From: a virus
Direction: 5' to 3' (one strand)
Virus genome (UHGV): UHGV-1373362
DNA length: 64,000 bases
The translations under genes were made by a program, and so were the position numbers. Each line of letters starts with the position of its first letter. Position 1 is the stretch's first letter. Below the pieces are notes generated by a model. It did no database searches and had not been told where the DNA came from. It saw nothing but the letters and a program-made list of their open reading frames with translations. This document shows, in pieces, positions 50,437 to 61,100 of the stretch.

Positions 50437-50444
50437 CTAATATA

Positions 50445-53400
50445 TTACAGCCACTCAGCAGGAAGTAATCTTGTTTCAAGATTATCCACGTTGGTGATAT
50501 TACTTTTAGTACATCCCGATAAATATCCAGAGACTACATTCAGTATCTGGTATGAGGATGATGGAAACTCCGGAACTTCTCCCATCATGTCCTTGCAGTA
50601 ATAAAACATATTACTAATATCATTAATATTGTAGCATGTTAACAATAGTGATTTCTCTACTAACAGCAATCCTGTAGGTATATACCAGTTATATGATGCC
50701 CCAACTGAGAACATTCCAGACGCCTTAGTAATCTTAGTATTATTTTTAAATATTTCACTAAAGTTTATCTGAGGGTAACTAGTTTCAACACCATCGGCTT
50801 TATATTCTCTGTTATCAAATGTACAATTAGACCATAGCTCTGATACCAACTTCAGATTAGCATTGTTTTTAAATAGATCAGAGTTTATATCTACTCCTAC
50901 TTCTATTATAGTTTCCGAGAACATCTGTGATATATCCTCCAATGCTTTGTTATATTTAAACAGATCTGGTGGGTACTTAATTCCCCTAGTACGAGTTTGT
51001 CCATTTAAATTTACAAATGCACAGAATCTAGTTCCCTTAAATACTCCGTTAAGTGCGGTATTATCTACTAATGATTCAAATAACTTACAAGGTATTCTTC
51101 CAACTAACCCTTGTACATTTTCAGTAGTTACAATGCTGTATTGTCCTGTAGCTGGATCGAATTCCTTAATATTCTCATAATAGAATAAATCAGTAAGTGC
51201 ATTTTCAAGGGTACACCTTGGTGAACAATATCTAAAGTAATCAGTAGGGATTGCATAATTCTGATGCCCAGGTTCAGACAAGTCCAGTCCCTGTGCTCCT
51301 ATAGAAGCTTTTTGTTGGGCATCATATTTGAAATATTTTTCAGTAAGTCTGGCCTTAACTTCATCTAACCCTGACTCACTACTAGTAGCACCTTCCCATC
51401 CATAACCGTCAAGATACCAAACATCAAATGCTTGCTCTCCGGGGTTATAGTCCTCACTACTAGAATCTTCATTTCTATCATAGTTATATGACTTCTTCAT
51501 ATTACTTACATCCAACTTATAAGTGACTTGACCTCCTGGAGCACTTACTATATGATCATCCCATGTTGTCCAGGTCATGTCGGGAACTAGAGTTTCCCCT
51601 ACACTAATTGTTCTGATTTCATCATATCCTAAACACCAACATCCTTTGAATACCTCACTAATATTGGTAATTGTTCTAGATATTGTTTTGACACCATCAT
51701 TTTCCCTATGCATAAAGAACAATCTATAAGGTATTCCTCCAAATACCCCACTGTTCTCAAACATATTAGAAACATCAGCTAGGGCACAATTCTTAAACCC
51801 TTCTCCCACTAGTTTTAGCTTTAGATTGTTACATCCACCAAACATACGTTTAGTGGTTGCCAAACTAACGCAATCATCGAACATACCTTTAGTAATACCA
51901 TCATCTTGATATGTAGGTGGGAACTGATATGCTTGGTTATCATTGTTGATAGGCATATTAGCAAAGAAGGATTCTATACTGTTAAGGAGTCTGCAGTTTC
52001 TAAATATATTAGCAGGTATTTTATGCGCCCCGATCTCGTCAGCTGGTTTTACTCCAACAAAGATACCTATTGCCTGTCTTAAAGTAGAAGCAATACCCTG
52101 AAATACATCCCCCATTTCTGACAAGTTCACAGTAAGTTCTCCAGAACTTTCCTCAAAAGGATATTGTATAGATGTAAACGTTGGTATATAATATGTAGTC
52201 CCATTACTACTAATCGTTTGTGATATGCCCCCAAACACGTTAGGACCCAGCTTTCCAACTAACTTTACTCCACTGTATAAGGTATTAGACAATACCATAG
52301 CTTGAGCAGGCTTGTTTATTGTGTGGAATAAGAAAGTGTTGGTTCCTTCGTTTGTAACTTGCATTCTAATCTTACTACATCCAGTAAATACCCCTTTAGG
52401 GTATATACTTATTAGATTCCTTAAATTAATAAAGAATGTTTTAGAATCTAACATCCCAGGGAAGATAGTCTCGGCTCTAGTATCTTCACAGCTTTCTAGT
52501 AAAGAGCAATTTCTGAATATATAGTCAACCTTGGCGATGGGACTATAAATTGTTTGTCCGTTATATACTATTGGGGCAAATACGTTATTATCAATCCATT
52601 CTATAGCTGCACTTTCAAATGCTGCCTCAGCATCACTTAGTTTAGGTAAGAAATCTAAAATGCCCCATGTAGAATCATCATCTGGACTGTAATTTGACTT
52701 TCTAGAGAAAAATATTCCAGTAAGAGTTGTACTAGAAAATGCCTCTTTAATTATACTAACATTAGGACATGGTCTAAACATATCATACCACAAATCACCA
52801 GTAATAAGAGAACACCCTTTAAACATTCCTTCAATTGAGGTTAGGCTGTTTGTTAACCGTGTCATTACATATTTAAAATCATTATATTGTAATGAACTGC
52901 AACCTTCAAACATGAAGTAAGTATCTATAAGATTGTCGTCAAACTTAATATTAGTAACGTTATCGCCCTCTAAGAAGGTATCTGTACCATGTTTCAAATA
53001 GGTATCGTTATCATTTAATACAAACATGGCGTTTCCTCTAAATACTTCTCCTCCTTGGATGTTGAAATATCCCTTTACCCTAGTTAAAGAAGCACAATTT
53101 TTAAATGCACCCGTTGGTAATTCAATAGGATTATTCTTATCATTTTTGCATCTAACCTCCACTAGAGCTGGACAAGAATTGGCATCTATATATTCCAAAT
53201 CTGGAAATGCAGTTAGATTGAGATAATCATCGGATCTATCATTGTATTTTAAGGATGTGATATTAGTTCTACTTATAATTAAAGATTTTAAGCTGTAGAA
53301 GTTGGGTTGTCCATTTACATATAGGGCTGGTAGTACTATGTCAGTAGTTGCTATACCTCCTATATCTAGAGACTCTAAGTTCCAAGCCCCTGTTAGCTCC

Positions 53401-56400
53401 ACTTTTAAAGTTGGATTATTTTGTCCAGCTAAAGATAATATCTTCAGTCCAGGACAGTTATCTATAGTTATCTGAGTTAGGTTACTAATGGAATTATTAA
53501 CAGAAGTATATGGAAGTGTTATGCTTTCCATTCCCTCACAGTTCTTAATAATTACAGTCTTAACACTACTTGGAATGTCTAATGTCTTTAAAGCAGGACA
53601 ATTGTTTATCTCAATATAAGTAAGCTTATTACAATCAGTTATATCTACTGTTGATAAGAATGACTGGTTAGATAACCTTAATTCAGTTACCTGAGTTCCA
53701 GCTAGCCTATAAACTTTTAATACTGCAGAATCTGGCAGAGTTACCTTAGTTATAGATGACTTAGATATATCAAGCTCTTGAATTTTTTTACACCCACTTA
53801 GATCTAATGTATAGGCAGAAGCTGTGGATCCAATTAACGTAACATTGCTAAGATCCAGCACCCTAATATTTTTTAATCCTATATTAGTAGAAGTGTTATA
53901 AACCCCACTTTGGAAGAAGTATGAAGCATCAATATTCTTTAAACCACTAAGATCTAAGTTTTGAATTAATGGTAGATTTATATTATCTAAACCTGTCCAA
54001 GGGTAACTCTTAAACTTAGTAAAGTCTGTAATATATTTGTTTGCATATACATACACAATAGTTTCACCCGTGGGCATTGGTAATATTACTGATGAAGGTG
54101 TTTCATCAATCCAAAATGCACCAGATGTCTTATCGTGGGAATATCTATATAATACTCTACTATCCCCTGTTATATCTGTGCCAAATCTTACAGCTGTTGT
54201 TGAACCAGTAGCCTTATTAGAGGCCCATAGTCCTGTAATAGGGGATTCTATAGTAGTTGGTAATAGACTTTGTCCATCTTTGTATCCGTACACACCATCT
54301 AAGAATAATACTCTTTTCTTGAACCAATCCTTAACATGCATCACACGATTACCATGTAAGAACTTTAGTTGGCTGAAGTCAGTACTATCTTGATATTCCC
54401 CTGTATTAGGATCATATGTTTTAGATATAGCAAGATATTTAATCTTGTAGTCATAATTAAACATAATAGATCCTGTTTTCTCAGTATATGACTGATAGTA
54501 ATCTTTAATAAACTTCTCTGGATCTGGGAATAGGTTAGTTCTTAGATTTACATATAATGACTCTAAGCTAGTTCTACTCTCAGTACTACCACTATCCATT
54601 CCGGCTAAATTCTCCAATACCTCCCAAATCCTATTCCACCAAGAAGCAAAATATTGTTTGTACATATCACTAGATACATAGTTCTTCTCTTGAGTGTATT
54701 GAGTTATACCTGTATCCTGTGCAGAGATATTATACCATCTATGCAAGTGTGCCCAATATTCTACAATATCCTGTCCAGCATTATTTAGGCCAAATGCGGT
54801 ATCCATATCATAGAAACAGCAATACCATACATCAGTACCCCAGCTTCTAATAGTTAAGTTCTTACACATGGAGTCTACACAACCAAATAGCAATGCTATT
54901 ATGAAGTATGCACAGGCATTATCCCAGTTAAGATGTTGGTCACATGCATTGAAATTATAATAAGCATTCTTATCCAAATCATAAAACTCCCCTTCAATAG
55001 GTTTCGTGGGGGTTTGGCCAGCATCATCCATTGTGTACTTTTGGATTCTGGTAAGAGCCATATTAGCCATTTGGGTATAGAATTTCTGCACCTGGTTATA
55101 GGCTGTAGCTTCATCCCTAGATGTATACATCACATCTCCCATAAACTGCACAATCTTCATATCATCTTGCTGGAATGCTCCTTGTGCAGATGAGTTCTGG
55201 TTTATTTCAACAGAATATGTTCCATTAGATAATCCCGTATTCCATTGCTCTACTTTCTCTGTATATTCAGTAACAATGGTAGGGCCATCTTGATTTACTT
55301 TTACATAATCAATAAGTAACTTTAATCCTAGGTTAAAGTATGCGTACCTACCTAAATTGAAATTATAAATACCACAGAATTTAGGCTGTTTAATAGTTCC
55401 ATCAGCATCAGGTGCATATCTAATAAACAGAAGAACTGGAAAACCTTCAGAGGTATGTTTGATTTTACCTCTAATTGCATTAGCTTTATCAGCATCTCCT
55501 CCCCAAACATCATTACCCAGTGACATAGGTGGGGTTGCACTAAATGGAGTAATAGACTGCCCACTACTATTAGTAGCTAACCCATTCACTATTTGACCAA
55601 TAACAACATTATTAACATGGGCGCTGTCAACCACATCGGCTTTTAATGTAAACTCATTTTCTGGCAGCCAATCGTCTTTAGGTTGGAATAACATGTTTTT
55701 ACCAGTTTGGTCAACATGTCCCATATAAATTTCATAGTTCTTAGCGTTATATGACAAAGAAGATGTACCTTGTAGACCAATACTCACTCCGTTATTCTCA
55801 GACACACCACTAGGAGTTGTAATAACTACCTTACCTTTACTGTCCTGATAAGTAATCTTTACGGGAAATTTCTTACCCATTACTTCTATTTTATCAGAAG
55901 CAGAGAATATAGCGGTTGAATAGGGTTCAAATAGTGTTGGACTATTAGATGTTTCTTCAACTAGTACAATAGGATATGGAGTATTAACCTCCATCTGTTC
56001 TACTAATTTGGAATATAGTTGTTCTCCAGAAAGAAATCCTCCCTTACCGCCATCTATTGTTTTATCCCATATAAGGCAATTGCCTGCATTATCAAATAAG
56101 TTCTTGGTTCTTAGCTCTGCATCTAAGGATGCATCTATACTTCCCCTAATAAGTCTGGCTTGTTCAGTTGCAGATATGTAATTTTGCACAATAGCATATT
56201 CACTCTGTGATGAAGTATATATCTTAAAATCATAGATATATACGTCCGAGAAGTTGCTTCTTTCTCCATTGTTATTCCTGCATCCTAAGTAGAAGTCAGT
56301 GCCAAACATCCAATCAATATCTGACTGAAGTACTCTACTTACAGCTGATAATACACCATTTACATAGATTTTGAAATACCATCCTGTTTTGTCCAACAAT

Positions 56401-58199
56401 GATACATCTAGGTCTACAGTTAATAATTCATTTTGAGGTAATTTTACCGTCAATGTATCGGCTGAGCCTATTTTACATACAGCCTTCTCCAATGTAACTT
56501 CATATCCAGTTCTAAGTTCACCATTTTCATATGCGCCTATACCCATTACTACCTCATTAGGATCAGAGGAAGTATCAGCTTTATACGTACAAGATATGTG
56601 AAATCCTAATGGTTGGAAAAATGAAACACCTGCACCAATATCAACAGCGGGGAACATTTGCTCTGCTACTTCGAGATAACCATATGATTCTCCACTTAAC
56701 CTTATGGCTGGAATACTATTTATACCATCACTATCTACCAAGAAACCACTAGTTTTACCATTAACACCCTGTAATGTAAGGTTAACCCCATTAGGGAATT
56801 TAGATGCAAATGCACCCTCATAAATGAACTCTCCACTAGTTTTTAATGGGTAATTCCAAGTTCCAGTTGCAGTATTAGGAAATCCAGAGATTTTGCTAAA
56901 ATATGCAAGTAAGGTATGCATGTCATTATTGGCATACATATTTTTACTAACACTTTCTACTATCCTACAGGTAACAGTCTTCGTGTATTGGGCAGATGTA
57001 TCTCCTGGGTCATTAACAGCATATCCAAATAATGTAATTTTTAGATACTCCCCAGGATTATTAACTCCCAAATTTACAGTACTATAGACAAACCTATTAG
57101 TTTCTGCTTTAGTTATATTCTTGATAGATCCAGTGTCTAATAATGATATTTCACTACTCCCATTCATCAAATGGATCTTATAATCCATATTAAATGTAGA
57201 GTACTTAGTTAATCCATAACTAAAGTAATAATTAAATCCTAATTGGGATCCTTGCCCATATTGCGTAAGATCATCAATGGTTTCCCCGGGAGTTTCCGAT
57301 GGAATAAACTCAGTAATATCTTCAGTTACGATAACTAAATTATTACTATCCGCTACAGTAATATCAAACTTTATTTGACCAGAGGATAATATTTCTCCGT
57401 TAAGTGTAGTACTCGCCTGGGCAACAAAATAAAATCTTTGCCCAGCTTTTGGGTTAAAATGTTCACTTTCAAACAATAGTTTACGAGCATCTAAATTGAT
57501 AGCACGTATAGCTGTGGTAATATTTTCCACTCTGGATACTTCTATACCATTGATTGTCATCCAGAATGTAGCAGGACTTTGCAGGATATTATTAGTAACT
57601 GTAAAGTTCAAAGGAACTTCTGAGATACCTCCCATATAAATAGTCTTATTTGGGATAGTCTGTATATCCAAGGATATAGCTCCAGCCACTATCTTTACAT
57701 ATACCGGAACAGTATATGTGTTATCTGCATCATATGCAGTTAATTCAATATCGGTAGTTCCAGTTAATCCTGATAGTGTAATATCAGTTCTGCTCATGGA
57801 ATACTTCTTCCATGTACCAATTGTTTTATTTGTAGATAAATCTTTAGCAACTACAGTAAATGACTTTTTAATACCACCACTTTTAATAGTAATATTAAGT
57901 GTTACTGAACTAGTGGCAGTATATACTGTTGTTCCTTCTGCAACTTCAATAGTGTACTCTCCAGTACCTCCACCTTCTCCTCCACCACCTCCACCTTTGG
58001 CTCCATTTATATAAATCCAGGCAAGGTTCTGTTCTAGTTTAGTCATTCTATTATCTAGTTTAGTAAATCCATTATTAATAGATATTGACTCCCCAGCTTC
58101 ATTTAAGAAGCCAGGGTTAGTCAATTCCAATTCAGAAGCATTAGAAGCACCATGTATCACCCACCTACCAGAGGCTTGGTCATAATGTTTAGTTTTCAT
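50445..58199 (-). CDS. giant 2584-aa tail/adhesin-like protein with classical LRRs and BspA-type LRR_5 repeats
   Basis: 7.75-kb ORF. It carries an N-terminal GGGGGGEGGG linker. There are LxxLxLxxC/N repeats (LDLSGCKKIQELDISKSSITKV...) and then many FxxCxxLxxI units (FKNCASLTRV, FEGCSSLQY, FKGCSLITG, FRNCSLLES, FTGCSKIRM, FRNCRLLNSIE, FDDCVSLATT, FGGCNNLKL, FKNCALADV). Confidence 0.75.
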   Translation of the reverse strand: MKTKHYDQASGRWVIHGASNASELELTNPGFLNEAGESISINNGFTKLDNRMTKLEQNLAWIYINGAKGGGGGGEGGGTGEYTIEVAEGTTVYTATSSVTLNITIKSGGIKKSFTVVAKDLSTNKTIGTWKKYSMSRTDITLSGLTGTTDIELTAYDADNTYTVPVYVKIVAGAISLDIQTIPNKTIYMGGISEVPLNFTVTNNILQSPATFWMTINGIEVSRVENITTAIRAINLDARKLLFESEHFNPKAGQRFYFVAQASTTLNGEILSSGQIKFDITVADSNNLVIVTEDITEFIPSETPGETIDDLTQYGQGSQLGFNYYFSYGLTKYSTFNMDYKIHLMNGSSEISLLDTGSIKNITKAETNRFVYSTVNLGVNNPGEYLKITLFGYAVNDPGDTSAQYTKTVTCRIVESVSKNMYANNDMHTLLAYFSKISGFPNTATGTWNYPLKTSGEFIYEGAFASKFPNGVNLTLQGVNGKTSGFLVDSDGINSIPAIRLSGESYGYLEVAEQMFPAVDIGAGVSFFQPLGFHISCTYKADTSSDPNEVVMGIGAYENGELRTGYEVTLEKAVCKIGSADTLTVKLPQNELLTVDLDVSLLDKTGWYFKIYVNGVLSAVSRVLQSDIDWMFGTDFYLGCRNNNGERSNFSDVYIYDFKIYTSSQSEYAIVQNYISATEQARLIRGSIDASLDAELRTKNLFDNAGNCLIWDKTIDGGKGGFLSGEQLYSKLVEQMEVNTPYPIVLVEETSNSPTLFEPYSTAIFSASDKIEVMGKKFPVKITYQDSKGKVVITTPSGVSENNGVSIGLQGTSSLSYNAKNYEIYMGHVDQTGKNMLFQPKDDWLPENEFTLKADVVDSAHVNNVVIGQIVNGLATNSSGQSITPFSATPPMSLGNDVWGGDADKANAIRGKIKHTSEGFPVLLFIRYAPDADGTIKQPKFCGIYNFNLGRYAYFNLGLKLLIDYVKVNQDGPTIVTEYTEKVEQWNTGLSNGTYSVEINQNSSAQGAFQQDDMKIVQFMGDVMYTSRDEATAYNQVQKFYTQMANMALTRIQKYTMDDAGQTPTKPIEGEFYDLDKNAYYNFNACDQHLNWDNACAYFIIALLFGCVDSMCKNLTIRSWGTDVWYCCFYDMDTAFGLNNAGQDIVEYWAHLHRWYNISAQDTGITQYTQEKNYVSSDMYKQYFASWWNRIWEVLENLAGMDSGSTESRTSLESLYVNLRTNLFPDPEKFIKDYYQSYTEKTGSIMFNYDYKIKYLAISKTYDPNTGEYQDSTDFSQLKFLHGNRVMHVKDWFKKRVLFLDGVYGYKDGQSLLPTTIESPITGLWASNKATGSTTAVRFGTDITGDSRVLYRYSHDKTSGAFWIDETPSSVILPMPTGETIVYVYANKYITDFTKFKSYPWTGLDNINLPLIQNLDLSGLKNIDASYFFQSGVYNTSTNIGLKNIRVLDLSNVTLIGSTASAYTLDLSGCKKIQELDISKSSITKVTLPDSAVLKVYRLAGTQVTELRLSNQSFLSTVDITDCNKLTYIEINNCPALKTLDIPSSVKTVIIKNCEGMESITLPYTSVNNSISNLTQITIDNCPGLKILSLAGQNNPTLKVELTGAWNLESLDIGGIATTDIVLPALYVNGQPNFYSLKSLIISRTNITSLKYNDRSDDYLNLTAFPDLEYIDANSCPALVEVRCKNDKNNPIELPTGAFKNCASLTRVKGYFNIQGGEVFRGNAMFVLNDNDTYLKHGTDTFLEGDNVTNIKFDDNLIDTYFMFEGCSSLQYNDFKYVMTRLTNSLTSIEGMFKGCSLITGDLWYDMFRPCPNVSIIKEAFSSTTLTGIFFSRKSNYSPDDDSTWGILDFLPKLSDAEAAFESAAIEWIDNNVFAPIVYNGQTIYSPIAKVDYIFRNCSLLESCEDTRAETIFPGMLDSKTFFINLRNLISIYPKGVFTGCSKIRMQVTNEGTNTFLFHTINKPAQAMVLSNTLYSGVKLVGKLGPNVFGGISQTISSNGTTYYIPTFTSIQYPFEESSGELTVNLSEMGDVFQGIASTLRQAIGIFVGVKPADEIGAHKIPANIFRNCRLLNSIESFFANMPINNDNQAYQFPPTYQDDGITKGMFDDCVSLATTKRMFGGCNNLKLKLVGEGFKNCALADVSNMFENSGVFGGIPYRLFFMHRENDGVKTISRTITNISEVFKGCWCLGYDEIRTISVGETLVPDMTWTTWDDHIVSAPGGQVTYKLDVSNMKKSYNYDRNEDSSSEDYNPGEQAFDVWYLDGYGWEGATSSESGLDEVKARLTEKYFKYDAQQKASIGAQGLDLSEPGHQNYAIPTDYFRYCSPRCTLENALTDLFYYENIKEFDPATGQYSIVTTENVQGLVGRIPCKLFESLVDNTALNGVFKGTRFCAFVNLNGQTRTRGIKYPPDLFKYNKALEDISQMFSETIIEVGVDINSDLFKNNANLKLVSELWSNCTFDNREYKADGVETSYPQINFSEIFKNNTKITKASGMFSVGASYNWYIPTGLLLVEKSLLLTCYNINDISNMFYYCKDMMGEVPEFPSSSYQILNVVSGYLSGCTKSNITNVDNLETRLLPAEWL
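51750..54000 (-). other. leucine-rich-repeat region (classical LRR followed by BspA-like LRR_5 units) within the 2584-aa ORF
   Basis: Repeat units read from the translation. Located by reverse-complementing marker peptides at about 53765-53815, 52790-52850, 51960-52020 and 51751-51800. Confidence 0.6.
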
Positions 58200-61100
58200 T
58201 GCAACGTCTTCTCAATTACTATGTTATTATTAGGGTTGGTTGATCCATTACCCCCAACCTTCTTTAAATCTGTATATGCTATAGGTACATTATATTTATA
58301 AGCCCAAACTTTAGAATCTGATTTTAGCTGTAACTTATAAGATTTACCTAATATTCTTTCTCTGGTACCACTACTAGTCATTTCTGGATTCTCAACTTCA
58401 TTTCCTTTACCTACATTCCATATAATATAATTAGGGTATTGCTGAGCACTATTAACCTTTACTGTAGCAGTATTAGTAGTATTATTTTCTATCTGACTAG
58501 ATACAGGGTAATATTCTAGTAACCATGGGATATTCTTAGCTGGTAACTCTTTGTTAGAAGTTAATTTATATCCAGTAGCTTGACACATTACATACCTGAT
58601 ATAATTCTGAGAAGCATCAGCAGATATTTGAACACACTGTCTTTCTCTATCGGGTAAACTAGTGTACCATGTTGGAGATAGAGATGGATCATATACTATA
58701 GGTTCCATAGTTCTATCTGGATTGTCTCTGATATATCTAGAATTAGCATATGTGTGTTTGTGCCCACATAAGCATAATTTAAAGTTATTATCCTGCATCC
58801 ATTGGCTAAACCAGTAGTTACCTACTGTATTTAAATGACTACCACCCCTCTTTACGTTTAGGTCTTTATCATAAGACCCAGCTTCGTTCTTTTTTAGATA
58901 GCTCATTATTAAATCAGCAGTAATAATTGTAAATGGGGCTTCATGACAAAATGCTACCTTCCAACTAATTTTACTATCACCAGCATGTTTTGCTAAATCA
59001 TTAGTACACCAGTCTTTTATATCATTATAAACATTGATTCCAGTAACATCACCAAAGATCTCAGTCCTTGCTAATTCAGTAATTTCTGAGTTTACAGACA
59101 AGAAATAGGTATTACCATATACAAAACTATAACAGCAAGGTATGTACACTCCAGCAGACGAAATGGGTACTGTATAAGGATGTTCAAAGGTAAAGAAAAA
59201 TTCTACATTCACTGGATTAGTTTTACTAATATCCTCCCCATCTCCTAGCACATACACATCTACAGGACATAGATCGTTATTTCCAACAGTAAACATCTGT
59301 TCAGTGTCTTTGTAAATAGCCTCTCCCCCTTTATAATAGTCAATCCACTCATTAAACCTATTACCATTTTGAGTCTGATCTCCAGTATTCATACAGAAAT
59401 GATATGGGTTTTCTGTCTTATCAGAATTTATATATTCAGCACAAATTCTCCACATCTCATATTCCTCTCCATTGAATCCCTGCTGATCACTAACTTGTAA
59501 GAAATTAAACCCACTCTCAATTACCTTATCTCTATTTCTAAGGGTGAATTTCTTAATATCAGTCCAATTTCCCTCTCTACCAACCTGATATTCCCATACT
59601 TCTGTATCAGATGGCTCGGTGAAATCTTTGATGAACTTGTGTACAGTAAATGGAGTTCCATCCGTAGTAATGGATCTTATCCTATCATATATAGGATTGT
59701 TCCAGTTTTTATCTGAGGTTCTTCCATCACCTTTCTTAAATGATTCATATGTGGTCCAATCACTAGTTCCCTGTTTTCTCATTCGGATAAATTCATCATA
59801 ATATCCAGCTGAAATCCAATTAAAGCACCTGGTCTTATGGGCGTCATGTCCAAATGTACAAGTAACTATATTAGGAACTCCTTCAGTTAATAAATCCTTG
59901 TTGAAGAATATAGTTTTATTTTGTGAAGAGTTCTTTGGTGTGTAATCTTCTATTCTAATAGCTGAATTAATTCTATCTAGATTTATATAAGTCCAGTCTT
60001 TATTATTATTTCTAGCACTAAGAGCTTTGGTGGCCTGTTTAACAGGATCCATGTTGTAATACCTCATTAACAGTACATTAGCTCCTCTGTTAGCTATAGG
60101 ACTTGACTCACAAGGCATTGATTTATCATTATAGTTACCTATTCCAACTAAATCTACATACCACTTAATAACTCCATTAGATGTCCAGGGGGCAGTTGTA
60201 GTTAATATGTTACTCTCAAAGTATCCTGTGGTTTCCTCACTACTAATATAAAAAGCACAGTCGTAACTAAACTTAATCAATTCGTCAGAAGACCATATGC
60301 TATGAGGCTGGATTCCAGCACCTTCATCCCCAGCTATTTCAAGCCTTGTATTATTAAGAGTTGCGTTCTTAGTCCAATACATATCAGGCTCACCAACCTT
60401 GATTAGTGTAGTATTAATATTCTCTACTGAACATTGAGCACCCTTAATCAGAAATGTTCCTTGAGATTTAAGGATACCAGTTAGGGGTAGGGTAACCCAA
60501 TCTCCACTGTTTCTTTCAGTGTAGTGTAAGAATAATCCCTTCAAGTTTAGATCCTTCTTACCTAAATTACACAGTTCTACGAAGTTGTGTGATACTGGAT
60601 TGTAATCTTTGCTCCCGGCTTCCCCCCCACAATAAACCATATTTACATAAATCTTAGGGGAATCCTTAGATCCAACTTCTTCTGGAATGATTGGGAAATA
60701 TGGTGTTGTATAATAAATTCCAGTTCCTGTAGTTTGTGCATTGCCAGCTAATGTATTCTTATCTAATCTATAGTCGTGTATATCTAATTTACCGTCCTTA
60801 ACTTGAATTAGGAAGGTATTTTCTTTGTTAGCCATATCAGCAAATTCAATACCAATAATTTTAGTTTTTGCTGAGCTACCACTTCCAATGACTTCAGTTA
60901 ATATTCCTTCCACTATTTCTGGGTCTGGTCCAGGTCCTGGATCTTCTCCACCACCCGTGCTACCTATTTTAATGAGTTTACTTGTCTTGGGATCTTTAAT
61001 GTATAGAGCTTGTATATCATAACACCACAATAATTCTTTTGGCATGAAGTCTGCCTTATTTTTCTGCATTTCTTCATATGTACCACTTTTAATACATATA

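Noticed and set aside
50445-58199. Diversity-generating retroelement targeting the LRR tail protein
   Set aside because: No reverse-transcriptase-like ORF (YxDD) and no template-repeat/variable-repeat pair is visible in the window. This is kept only as a comment on possible variability.
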